Assembly: GCA_964424225.1 (NCBI GenBank)
Contig: CAYRID010000002.1
Span: 2,254-66,253, forward strand
Direction of reading: 5' to 3'
Length of the DNA stretch: 64,000 nucleotides
Source of the DNA: an uncultured Geobacter sp.
GTDB lineage: Bacteria > Myxococcota_A > UBA9160 > JADFDR01
Below are positions 39,801 through 47,964 of the stretch, in pieces. The notes under the pieces were generated by a model. That model was not told the DNA's origin. It was given only the letters and a program-made list of their open reading frames with translations, and made no database searches. The position numbers and the translations under genes were made by a program. Each line of letters starts with the position of its first letter. The stretch's first letter is position 1.

Positions 39801-40151
39801 TTCATTCGTGAGTTTGCCCTGTTCAGCGAGAGATTTGAAATGCGCCATAGAATCCGCGTTCGCATCTTGCAAGGCCGAGAGCATCCCCTCGAGATAGCCT
39901 TGGAGATCGGCCAAATTTTGCAAGACACGATGCGCTTCGTCGCAGTTGATTTCGGGACAGACACATTTTTGTGATTGCAAACGCTTCGCGAAATCTTGAA
40001 TTTTTTCGAGGTCGCGATTGTCCGGTGGAACATCGGGCTTGGTGTAGTCGATATGAATTCCGTCTTCTGCTATTGCGGGAAAGGCGAGAGGGTCAGTGAG
40101 TAGAAGAAAAAAAGTCAAAGCTTTAAAAAATCGTAAAGAAATTTTTTGCAT
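36822..40151 (-). CDS. Secreted multidomain subtilisin-family (S8) serine protease, about 1110 aa
   Basis: Signal peptide MQKISLRFFKALTFFLLLTDPLAFPAIA. Catalytic triad contexts VVVAVIDSGLD, DYDGHGTFVTGVIAA and SGTSFAAPIVAG, plus AAGNEG. An N-terminal region of about 400 aa has no motif I recognise. Confidence 0.85.
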   Translation of the reverse strand: MQKISLRFFKALTFFLLLTDPLAFPAIAEDGIHIDYTKPDVPPDNRDLEKIQDFAKRLQSQKCVCPEINCDEAHRVLQNLADLQGYLEGMLSALQDANADSMAHFKSLAEQGKLTNEQLGKTIFALGVQEFLHNMGSALLDLASITSFFNEIAEDPSKLASKSPAQIIENLDNFYEAIKDYESAVTTLSSSLTGQKIEGPVGELTPNVLGFESGELNDFKSTLSDAVATLKEVQEKGGDVREAFKKPGGPAAAVGQIAGRYLKAYSASQIQERMEAIASLNRDLAASDIAQAQSFRALQKVQARRFMTEDTLEAVRAALRSFAACAEKAGCGSFSLVRPQLPNFDTTVPGTQGTVKKNWGAALRYYNEALSSLTPDSFPSIKERVPCDPTEKSVGFIPSAGRTDTRAKIGFDTPVWCNFGGGSTPIPTPDGGGTSAPPPTSGPGGGIGIPTDGGGTPTTPGGTPTIPGGPPTKPEGSGTTTPPTGTTPKPNGDDPRDGDDTPPTPPPVIVKASKIAIATGAQAVAVQGALLKIETPAPALPLAGNAAPDAGFNESPMQGVTGPDGQAKLGSSILKSDTPREVNIDLSPQSSMMVTLGGNNPRAALHPDLHKYWTRSFLLDGQVVAVLFYPQEMGQTVARLIRESANVLHSEINYCREKEGVPNDPYLRSAQSWKQNYADQWGIQRVGFSADSDSAWNIFDTKKGTPVVVAVIDSGLDWNHKDFSWNNIWHNPGEIPDNDIDDDGNGYIDDVIGWDFFTGSKKPWDYDGHGTFVTGVIAATQNNGIGIAGINPNAKIMILKALNSFGHTRASFIAEAVLYAANHGAQVINLSVGGKNRTRAEERAIAYALSKGIVVVVAAGNEGVDVAEFGPASLEGVITVAATDPSNKRAMFSNWGAGVDIAAPGMDILSLRARRTDLMRDLPGTDYQPDSAFVGGDKRYFRASGTSFAAPIVAGTASLLLSKNPSLSAEQVKQILLHSAKDIETPGVDQLTGYGLLDARAALVADPNFFLVARIDRVAAAQRDGNTVVEVHGSLQGSSLARGWIEIGAGEAPTTWKKIGTDIRNAIERGALGSIPTSELSGAKVWTIRVIGEDKNGIRREAWFRLNLG
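38631..38894 (-). repeat. Low-complexity Pro/Thr/Gly-rich linker coding region inside the S8 protease gene
   Basis: Translates to GGGSTPIPTPDGGGTSAPPPTSGPGGGIGIPTDGGGTPTTPGGTPTIPGGPPTKPEGSGTTTPPTGTTPKPNGDDPRDGDDTPPTPPP, with imperfect GGTPT(T/I)P repeats. Confidence 0.8.
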
Positions 40152-40259
40152 TGAGCACTCCCTGAAACGGTTCGCAAAAATTGAAAACTTTTTTGTGTAT
40201 AAAAATAGAAGGAGGCATTCGCGTCGTTGTGTCGCGAATGCCTCCATTTTAAGTTGCAA

Positions 40260-41318
40260 CTAAAAGCGCTTCATGATGCCCAGCATGCCGCCATATTGAA
40301 TTCCGCCCTCGGCTTCACCTCGGTAATGAGCTCCGGTGAAGGGCGATCGACCGCGTGCCACGACGCTCGGCATATGCATGGCTTCTGCGCGCACGAAGAA
40401 GTCGAGGTTGGGCACACGTAAGACTTGTTGCAGCAACAAGGGGAACATCAAGTCCACTGCAAAGTACGGTCCCCAGACGGTCTTTGATGTGCTGAAGTTA
40501 TTGCGCGGGCCACCTCCGCCTGTTTCATCACTGAGCATGCGCACATCCACGCGAGTGGCATGTGCACCAACAAGGAACGCCATCATAACTTGTTGTGTGA
40601 GTAAAAACTGCGAACCGACGGCCAGCCGCAAAGAGCGAAGTTCTTCGAGACTCATTCCTGTGTCTTTTGATGCGCCAGGATGTGCATTGATGAAGCGATT
40701 CGTGCGACCTCCACCGAGGTATTCTAAATACATAGCGGCGAGAAAAAGACGAGCACGACACGTTTGCAGCGCTTCAAAATTTGGCAGGTAGTAGCGTCCC
40801 TCGATGCCCAACATACCGATCGTATCGTCGAGGTCATCGTCTTCATCAATGCCCCACGCAGCAGCTTGTACTTGTGCTTCGTAGGGCGTGCGCTTTACAC
40901 CACCGAGGATTGCTAATCCAAAGCGCGTATCATCTTGCGCGTTAATGGCGTCGGGATCGTGTTCATCGGTTTTCGTGACAGTGAGAGCGGAACTATCTAC
41001 GCGAAATACACTCGTTTTTCCGTCGGTAAGTGTGATGCGTTCGCGCGCCTCGGCTTTTCCAGGCTGACGAATCACCAAAGTGTAGTTTCCGGCGGGCGTA
41101 TCACGCCACCACCAAAGTCCGACAGCGCGATTGCTGTCCTCATCTTCCTGGACGGGTTGGTCCTTCTCATCGAGAAGTTGAAGGGTGGTTTCGTTGATGG
41201 CTTGCCCGACAACACTAATCTGTGTGGTTGCAACGGCCTTGGCTTCGGTCGATGCAAAAAACACCGCGGTCATCGTCATTGAAAAAAGAGTGCATAGTAA
41301 ACGGAATCGCTTGTGCAT
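40260..41318 (-). CDS. Secreted hypothetical protein, possible outer-membrane beta-barrel
   Basis: Signal peptide MHKRFRLLCTLFSMTMTAVFFASTEAKA. The N-terminal roughly 100 aa is Ig/carboxypeptidase-regulatory-like (YTLVIRQPGKAEARERITLTDGKTSVFRV). The protein ends in ...GGMLGIMKRF (terminal Phe). No homolog recalled. Confidence 0.5.
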   Translation of the reverse strand: MHKRFRLLCTLFSMTMTAVFFASTEAKAVATTQISVVGQAINETTLQLLDEKDQPVQEDEDSNRAVGLWWWRDTPAGNYTLVIRQPGKAEARERITLTDGKTSVFRVDSSALTVTKTDEHDPDAINAQDDTRFGLAILGGVKRTPYEAQVQAAAWGIDEDDDLDDTIGMLGIEGRYYLPNFEALQTCRARLFLAAMYLEYLGGGRTNRFINAHPGASKDTGMSLEELRSLRLAVGSQFLLTQQVMMAFLVGAHATRVDVRMLSDETGGGGPRNNFSTSKTVWGPYFAVDLMFPLLLQQVLRVPNLDFFVRAEAMHMPSVVARGRSPFTGAHYRGEAEGGIQYGGMLGIMKRF

Positions 41319-41663
41319 GTACTTCCCTCCGCACGTTGCTGAGAATGAAAACTTTTGTGTACTCGTTGGGTTACGGCTGCGAAATCAAAAAAGGAGCGAG
41401 AGCGGGCAAGAAGAAAAACGAGCTGTTTGCATGAAGTGTGCAATCGGAGTTGCGCGCCACGCAAAGCTTAGTTTAGGCAGCCTATCGGGCGCAGTGCAGG
41501 GAATATTGATATTTTTCGAAAGGCTTTCGCGAAATTTTTCAATTGTCGGGTTGATGCGGCGTGTCTTCGATCGGGCAGTGTCAATCCTGGGAATCAATCA
41601 GCACATTACGGAGGAAGAGCAAGTTTTCCTCAGTGTGACGCAAAAAAGTGGTGCAAGGATTTG

Positions 41664-44024
41664 CTACTCAAAGAAAATTGAATCTCGGGTTTTCTTCGGT
41701 TCCTTGATGCGAGGAAAAGCGCCAAAACTGAGGTCACTGGCAGAACCTTGCAGCACGAGTTCAACGGGCAAAATAGATTCTCGACCACGTACAAGACCGT
41801 ATTTTTCACGCAGGCTAAGGAAGGCGAAGCTCGATCGTGCAGCGTGCCGTGGTGCATTTTCTGTGGCTACGCCGAGACGTGCACGTTCAAAGAAAAGATC
41901 GCGCTGTGCATCGGGCGCGTACTCGTAGTCACGATCCGTTAGCGTGAGTGCAAGAGATTGCTCTTCGAGTTGAGCCACGATCTTTGCAAGGCGCTCCGGA
42001 GAAATTGCTTGGCGTGCGGTGACGGGCGCCTTTTTCTTTTCGCCGCGTTCATTGAGGTAATGCACGGCGAGCACGGTGCCACCTTCAAACGTGACGCCTT
42101 GCGGATGCAACTCCCCATTATTGGGATTTCCGTCGAGAAGCTCCGGTCGAAGGCCAAGACCATTCGGGCCTGCGAATTCGGGATTTTCTTCGAGATATCC
42201 GCGCGAAACGCGAATGGCCTGCGGTGCGAGCTCGAGAACTTCCGCACGCACTTGCAGGCCTGCTTCGCGACCAGCTCGAGTTTTGGGATAGCGACGCACA
42301 ATTTCTTGGAGCATCGGAATGCGCACTTCGAGACGCGGTTGTTTTTGCGTTGCCTGCAAGGCTTGCTTCGCCGCTTTTTCTTCGAGGCGCAGCAATTTTT
42401 TTGAAGGCTTGACGTTTGTTGGTGTATGGCGATTTGCAATTTCATGCGCTGCAATCCAGTTGCCCCGCAGTTTTTCGTAGTCCTTCAGCCAGTTTTCGAC
42501 GGAGGAGATTTCTTTTCCGTCGGGGTAGCGCGTTCGGTAGAGGCCTGCGAAGTAATAAGGAGTGCGCCCAAAGGGCCACGGAGAAAGCCAGGGATAATGT
42601 AAAATTCGCTCGGGCATTCCGACGAGGACATCAGCGAAATAGGGAGCGTCGAGGATCCATTCCAGCATGCGCGGCAAGTCGCGATCTCTTGCACCCGAAG
42701 CGAGCGGCCCAAGTAAAATCCAGCGTGTTTGCAGCCAGCGATCGCTGCTGCGGGATCGCTTGAAAAAGGCAAATGGATTTTGGATGGGATTGTTGAGTAA
42801 CGCTTTAGAGTGTATAGTCATGTTTTCATTGCGATGACGTCGTTGCTCTGCTTGCTGCAAAATCTTCCAACTCGTCGTGTCGTTGCCGCGTTCCATCTCG
42901 CGCATGGCGAGTGCGAAACGAACTTCATCGGCCCATTGACTTTGCTCGCGCGGATCGTCGGTGCGCAGTTGTTGCACAATTGTGTCAGTCTCTGTATCGG
43001 AGCGCAGCAGCGCCACCGCCAGATGTTGCTCTGTCGCATCGGGTGTTGGCAGTTGATTCGGAGCTTCGAGGCTTCGCGCACGCTTTGCATTTTGCTCTTC
43101 GACTTGCTGTAAGGCCTTTTCCCCAAGCACTTGAGCTTTTGCGTCTTCAGGGCTTGTGCGCATCGCTTGCTCGGAAAAGGCAAGTGCAAGCTGTGGCTCG
43201 CCGCCGCGCAAGGCGCGGCGGGCTTTGCGCAGTAGCTGATCGCGGCGAGTTTTTTGCAACTCGATATTGGCCTCGTCAATTTTGCGCGCGAGTTCGGGAG
43301 CTTCGTCGCTGTCAGGATGGCGACGCAATTCTTCGCGCCAGTAGTACAGAGCCTGCCGCTCATAGATCGAAAAATCATCATCGAGATGTCGCGTTGATGT
43401 CCACTCGACGAGTGAGCGTACAAAACCCACGATGGGAGTGCCTCCCGATAGCATGCTGCGTCCGACGGGTTCGGCGAGCATATTGAATACTTGCCCAAAG
43501 GAGTGTTGATGATCATCGCGCATTCGCGCTTTGCTGAGCAGGAGAGGATCGTCGGCGACTTCATGTTCGAGCCGCGTGCGCAAGGGTTTTGGAAGATGGC
43601 CTTGTTTTAGGAGTGCACGCGTTGCGCTGCGATATTTGCGTGGATCCGCATGCATGGAGTCGACGAGATTTTGTGCGTAGGCCGAAAGATCGCTACTCGA
43701 TTTTGTGTTGGGCCACCAATTCATTTTTTTCTGTTGAAAAGTTGCGTTGCTTTGGGTTTCGATTTTGCGGAGTGAAACCAACAATTCTTCGGCTCGTGCA
43801 CGATCCTTCAAGAGCGCTGCAGAAAGTAAATCGCGCGTGGCCAAGTCGGTCTCGTCGGGCAGTCGTACGGGTTGAAGCGGTGCGGCCTCCAGCGGTGCAT
43901 AGGCGGGGATCGCGGTGGTGCGTGCGCACCCACTAACGGCACTCATCATCCCAAGATAGATCAACACAAAAAAGAGTCGTGTCCAATTTTTCTGTGTTGT
44001 AGTTTTAGGGCGTAAAGCGATCAC
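41664..44024 (-). CDS. Large hypothetical lipoprotein (786 aa), mostly helical
   Basis: Signal peptide plus lipobox (FFVLIYLGMMSAVSGC). Long, uninterrupted and co-directional with neighbours, with a 20-nt overlap with the upstream gene. No motif recognised. Confidence 0.55.
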   Translation of the reverse strand: MIALRPKTTTQKNWTRLFFVLIYLGMMSAVSGCARTTAIPAYAPLEAAPLQPVRLPDETDLATRDLLSAALLKDRARAEELLVSLRKIETQSNATFQQKKMNWWPNTKSSSDLSAYAQNLVDSMHADPRKYRSATRALLKQGHLPKPLRTRLEHEVADDPLLLSKARMRDDHQHSFGQVFNMLAEPVGRSMLSGGTPIVGFVRSLVEWTSTRHLDDDFSIYERQALYYWREELRRHPDSDEAPELARKIDEANIELQKTRRDQLLRKARRALRGGEPQLALAFSEQAMRTSPEDAKAQVLGEKALQQVEEQNAKRARSLEAPNQLPTPDATEQHLAVALLRSDTETDTIVQQLRTDDPREQSQWADEVRFALAMREMERGNDTTSWKILQQAEQRRHRNENMTIHSKALLNNPIQNPFAFFKRSRSSDRWLQTRWILLGPLASGARDRDLPRMLEWILDAPYFADVLVGMPERILHYPWLSPWPFGRTPYYFAGLYRTRYPDGKEISSVENWLKDYEKLRGNWIAAHEIANRHTPTNVKPSKKLLRLEEKAAKQALQATQKQPRLEVRIPMLQEIVRRYPKTRAGREAGLQVRAEVLELAPQAIRVSRGYLEENPEFAGPNGLGLRPELLDGNPNNGELHPQGVTFEGGTVLAVHYLNERGEKKKAPVTARQAISPERLAKIVAQLEEQSLALTLTDRDYEYAPDAQRDLFFERARLGVATENAPRHAARSSFAFLSLREKYGLVRGRESILPVELVLQGSASDLSFGAFPRIKEPKKTRDSIFFE

Positions 44025-44979
44025 GATCGATCCTCAAAGTAAACGCGAGAAGTTCTTCGAGTTTGCGCGCCGCTTCAATTTTTTCGGGTGAACCATCCTG
44101 ACTCGAAACATTTTGATAAATCTGTGTTGCCGCATCGATGAGTTCACGAAAAGAAACCGGATCAAATTGCAGCGATTCAGGAGCATTGCGATCAACGTAT
44201 TCACGTGCGATTTCTGCATAGAGGTCAGCGAGTGCGATCAAATGGCGTCGCGAATTTTTGCTGTTGTGGTGCTTCATGGCAAGTTGTTGATATTCGGCGA
44301 GCGCACGCGGATTTCCGTCTGGATCCGCATGACGCAGACTGGCGTAGTAGAGTGCTCTCGACATGTCCATATGCTCGACTTCTTCTTGAATAACGAAACG
44401 ATAATGTGTCGATGAATTAGCGCTGAGTAGAGCTTCGAGTAGCGCGCTGCGCTTTGCAAAAATTCCTTCGGCTTGCTCGCTGGTTTTTGGAAATGGTGTC
44501 GACGCTTCGTTGGAGAACGGAGCACTGCGGAAGAATTCGAACTGCAGGGCTTCGTCGAGCGCATCGCAAACGGCTGCGCCTTCGAGCGCCTCTTGGCGCA
44601 GTGGAGAGTTCTCGTATTGGGCTACTTTGCGATAGTTTTCCGCGGCCAGATCAAAAGCGCGCAAGCGTTCGAGTGCGCGAGCCTTTGAAAATGCGAGCAC
44701 GGGATCCATGTGCCCGGCGCGCAGTGCATCCGCATGAACGCGCTCAATGTTTTCAAGGCGCAGCAAGGAAGCGCGATATACGTTCCTTCCCGTGAAGTCT
44801 CGCGCGGGATCGAAACGGTAGGTGTCGTCGGGAATATGGCGCCGCAGCACGGAGACGACTTCAAGAAGATTTTCCGGTGCGCGATACTGTGCGTCGGCTT
44901 GAAGCGAAGATCCAATGCAGCCCACAAGGCTACTTGCGCAAAGAACACAAAAAAGAGTTATTGAACAAACGTATTTCAC
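44005..44979 (-). CDS. Hypothetical lipoprotein (324 aa), TPR-like helical
   Basis: GTG at 44979 gives MKYVCSITLFCVLCASSLVGC, which carries a lipobox. This start forms a GTGA overlap with the cimA stop. The listed ORF's extra 99 N-terminal codons overlap cimA and are Arg/Cys-rich nonsense. Confidence 0.55.
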   Translation of the reverse strand: MKYVCSITLFCVLCASSLVGCIGSSLQADAQYRAPENLLEVVSVLRRHIPDDTYRFDPARDFTGRNVYRASLLRLENIERVHADALRAGHMDPVLAFSKARALERLRAFDLAAENYRKVAQYENSPLRQEALEGAAVCDALDEALQFEFFRSAPFSNEASTPFPKTSEQAEGIFAKRSALLEALLSANSSTHYRFVIQEEVEHMDMSRALYYASLRHADPDGNPRALAEYQQLAMKHHNSKNSRRHLIALADLYAEIAREYVDRNAPESLQFDPVSFRELIDAATQIYQNVSSQDGSPEKIEAARKLEELLAFTLRIDRDRFTP

Positions 44980-46589
44980 GAGCTGCGTAGCCTCGACTTT
45001 TTTCCTGCTGTCGTGGTCTTCGTCTCTTTGGTCAATTTCGCACCGGTCGTTGCACGACTTGGCGCAACGATGTTGAGCATTTTTTCGGTGGCAGTTACGG
45101 CTGCAGCCAGTTGATCGCGCGCAACACCGAGAGTTGAAAATCCCCCCTCTTCTTCCTCCTTGCCCCAGCTGATTCGTGTCTCGACGAGCGCCTCCGTACG
45201 TCCGCCTGGAGGAATTCGTACACGAAAGTCGGTAAGCTGAGGAAGTTCGACACCGAGCGGCTGTACGGCTTTGCACAGCGCTTTCATAAAGGCGTCATAG
45301 CCGCCGTCGCCGCTAGCCGATGCCGTTTCGAGTTTTCCCGCAAAGCGTACTGCGATTTCGGCTGTCGGTGTTTCATTCGAACCTACACAGACGCGATACG
45401 ATTCAATGCGGATTACGCTGCGCCCCGGTGCGTCGAGTACATCGGCGATGATCATCGGCAGGTCTTCAAGCATGACGGTGTGCTTCTTGTCGCCAAGCTC
45501 GATGATGCGACGTAACACTTTTTCGTGATCTTCGACAGAAAGCGTGATGCCGAGATTTTTTAAGTTGTGATCGAGGGAAGCTTTGCCGGAAAGTTTTCCG
45601 AGGGCATAGCGTCGTTTGCGACCAAAGCGATCGGGTGCCAAGCGGCTCGCGTAGAGTTCACCCTTGGCATCACCGTCGGCGTGTACGCCGGCTGTTTGTG
45701 TGAATACGTCGCGTCCGACGATCGGAGCGTTGGGCGGAACGTTTTTGCCGGTGAAAGTCTCGACAAGGCGCGACAGTGCAGTTAGGCGCTCTTCGTTCAC
45801 GCGCGTTCGAAAGGGCGAATGATCGTGCAAGGCCGCAACGACTTCGGCGAGTCGACTGTTGCCCGCACGCTCACCAAGGCCATTCACGCTTGTGTGTATA
45901 CCGCGCGCGCCAACGCGTACGGCCGCCAAGCAGTTGGCTGTGGCGAGCCCGTAATCGTTGTGTCCGTGATATTCGAAGTGAGCTTGTGGCCAAGCGGTGA
46001 CCATGGCGCCGAGGTATCGCTCGATGTCGCTTGGTGCGAAAATTCCGAGGGTGTCCGGCAGGTAGATGCGCTCGACTTCCAAGCGCATCAAAGCGCGCAC
46101 GAGGTCGGCAACGTAATCGAAGCTCTGGCGTACGCCGTTGGACCAATCTTCGAGATATACATTGACTTTCACTTTTTTGTGTTTGGCGTAGCGCACGACC
46201 TCGTCGATTTTTTGCAGGTGAGCTTCGGGCGTTAAGCGTAGCTGCGTGCGGCAGTGGTGTTCGGAGCCTTTGGTCAACAGGTTGAGTGTCATTCCACCAA
46301 CTTGTGTAATCCAATCGACGGATTTTTTTCCGTCACAAAAACCAAGAATCTCGATCTGCGCCAAGCGATCCGTTTTGCGCGCCCAATCGGTGATCAAGCG
46401 AGCAGCCTCGGCTTCGCCTTGAGAAACTCGCGTCGAGGCGATCTCAATGCGATCGACGGTGACTTCCGCAAGTAGCATTCGTGCGATCTGCAATTTTTCT
46501 GCAGGAGTGTAAGAGATATCCGGTGTTTGTTCGCCATCGCGAAGCGTGGTGTCCATGATGGAAACGAGTTGTTCCGAGTCTTTGCCCAT
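44976..46589 (-). CDS. cimA: (R)-citramalate synthase (LeuA/CimA family, Leptospira/Geobacter CimA-like)
   Basis: MDTTLRDGEQTPDISYTPAEKLQIARMLLAEVTVDRIEIAS...HGHNDYGLATAN...GLGERAGN...TQTAGVHADGDAKGELY...GDGGYDAFMKAL...IPPGGRTEALVETRISW tracks the Leptospira CimA sequence closely, as I recall it. Confidence 0.85.
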   Translation of the reverse strand: MGKDSEQLVSIMDTTLRDGEQTPDISYTPAEKLQIARMLLAEVTVDRIEIASTRVSQGEAEAARLITDWARKTDRLAQIEILGFCDGKKSVDWITQVGGMTLNLLTKGSEHHCRTQLRLTPEAHLQKIDEVVRYAKHKKVKVNVYLEDWSNGVRQSFDYVADLVRALMRLEVERIYLPDTLGIFAPSDIERYLGAMVTAWPQAHFEYHGHNDYGLATANCLAAVRVGARGIHTSVNGLGERAGNSRLAEVVAALHDHSPFRTRVNEERLTALSRLVETFTGKNVPPNAPIVGRDVFTQTAGVHADGDAKGELYASRLAPDRFGRKRRYALGKLSGKASLDHNLKNLGITLSVEDHEKVLRRIIELGDKKHTVMLEDLPMIIADVLDAPGRSVIRIESYRVCVGSNETPTAEIAVRFAGKLETASASGDGGYDAFMKALCKAVQPLGVELPQLTDFRVRIPPGGRTEALVETRISWGKEEEEGGFSTLGVARDQLAAAVTATEKMLNIVAPSRATTGAKLTKETKTTTAGKKSRLRSS

Positions 46590-46657
46590 TTTGATTCATC
46601 TCATTTGCGAGCTGTTGTGCGAGCTCAATTTTTGCAGAGCATCGTATAGCGTTTGCT

Positions 46658-46904
46658 GAAAAATACGAAGGCCGCGGTGACTTGCCGCGGCCCCAAAGGC
46701 GTTCTCGTGACCGCGACCGTCACCGCTCCATAATTTTTTCAATAATCGGAATCACGCGAAGAGAGTGCAAAATTTTTTCTGCGGCGGACGAGACAAGTGC
46801 TCTGCGCGACGACTCGCAAGATACGCGCGGTGGAAAAGATGTTTTTGCGGTGGGAGCGAAACAAGGCATGAAGTCGAGCTTATCGGCGTGCCTCCCTCTG
46901 TCAA
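46658..46904 (-). promoter_or_regulatory. Candidate cimA leader: promoter, Ile-codon-rich leader ORF, antiterminator/terminator
   Basis: On the minus strand: TTGACA (46904-46899), 16 nt, TAAGCT (46882-46877). A 49-codon ORF (46869-46720) ends ...LRVIPIIEKIMER. TCGCGGTC (46716-46709) can pair with GGCCGCGG (46692-46685), which otherwise pairs with CCGCGGCC (46677-46670). That hairpin is followed by TTCGTATTTTT. Confidence 0.4.
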
Positions 46905-46928
46905 GCAAGGCGGTTACACTGGACTGCC

Positions 46929-47891
46929 ATGAGTTCATCCAAAGTCGATTCGTCGGCGCATATTTTTGAAATGAAAACTTCGCCTTCAGAAGTGAAGCCA
47001 CTGCGCCTTGATGTTTTTCTCGGCCGTGAACTTGCGCTTTCGCGTGCACAAGTTCGGCGCTTGCTCGTCGGTGGTCGTGTGCGTATTGCGGGGCGTATTG
47101 CGAGCGAGCGCGACAAGGGGCGGGTGTTGCTTCCCGGAACGCAAATCGAGGTCGACGCTTTTGTCGGTGGAGCTGCGCAGCAAATTTTGCCCGAACCTGC
47201 GCGCGAGCTTCAAATTTTGGCGCAAGGAAGCGGTTGGGTCGCCTGTGCAAAGCCGGCGGGGATGTCCGTTCATCCCTTGGACGCCGCTGAGCGGGGTTCG
47301 CTGGCGGGAGCAGTCGTTGCGCGTTTTCCGCAAATGCAGGGTGTGGGCGAGGGGGGCCTCCGAAGTGGAGTTTTGCACCGTCTTGATTTGCCGACTTCGG
47401 GCGTAGTGATCTTTGCCACCGAGGAGGGCGCTTGGCAGTGTTTGCGTCGCGCTTTTGCGGAGCATCGAATTGTGAAGCGTTATCTCGCATTGGTTTGGGG
47501 CCGCGTTGAAGGGGAAGGATGCGAGGAACACTGGCTCAAGGTTGCGCAGCATCGGCCCGCGCGCGTGCGCGTTGTGCCAAAGGAACGTGCGAGCGAAAGC
47601 GGTGTGCGCAGGACACGGCTTGAGTGGAAGGTGATTGAAAATTTTCGCGATGCGACATTGCTCGAGGTGATGCTCGAAACAGGCTTCTTGCACCAAATTC
47701 GCGCGGTTTTTTCGCATCGAGGCTATCCGGTCGTCGGCGATGCGACGTATGGTTCGCTTGAGCGCGATTGCGAAGTCGGCACGCCGCGCTTGATGCTCCA
47801 TGCGGAACGACTTGCTTTTGAAGAGATCGAAGCCACGTGCGCGATGCCTGCCGACTTTTGTGCGGTTCGAGATTATTTCCAGAGAAGATGA
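46929..47891 (+). CDS. RluA-family pseudouridine synthase with S4-like N-terminus
   Basis: LRLDVFLGRELALSRAQVRRLL (S4-like), catalytic HRLDLPTSGVVIFA, and GFLHQIRAV. Confidence 0.8.
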   Translation: MSSSKVDSSAHIFEMKTSPSEVKPLRLDVFLGRELALSRAQVRRLLVGGRVRIAGRIASERDKGRVLLPGTQIEVDAFVGGAAQQILPEPARELQILAQGSGWVACAKPAGMSVHPLDAAERGSLAGAVVARFPQMQGVGEGGLRSGVLHRLDLPTSGVVIFATEEGAWQCLRRAFAEHRIVKRYLALVWGRVEGEGCEEHWLKVAQHRPARVRVVPKERASESGVRRTRLEWKVIENFRDATLLEVMLETGFLHQIRAVFSHRGYPVVGDATYGSLERDCEVGTPRLMLHAERLAFEEIEATCAMPADFCAVRDYFQRR

Positions 47892-47964
47892 GCGCCGAGC
47901 GAAGCGGTGCAGAGACGTGCAGTTTGTGTGAGCAAGTTAGTCTGTATGTCGGAGAAACAAAAAA

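Noticed and set aside
34469-41600. Genomic island integrated at the tRNA, bounded by a repeat of the tRNA 3' end
   Set aside because: The only resemblance found by eye is a roughly 10-nt partial match (TCAATCCTGG near 41581 vs TCAATCCCTGG in the tRNA T-arm). There are no integrase, excisionase or mobility genes. The evidence is insufficient.
44980-45276. N-terminal 99 codons of listed ORF 44005..45276
   Set aside because: This part overlaps the 3' end of cimA in another frame and reads as Arg/Cys-rich nonsense. A GTG at 44979 gives a clean lipoprotein signal peptide.
46590-46928. T-box riboswitch upstream of cimA
   Set aside because: No T-box consensus (…GGGTGGTACCGCG…) or specifier-loop architecture is visible on the minus strand. 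The leader-peptide attenuator model fits the sequence better.
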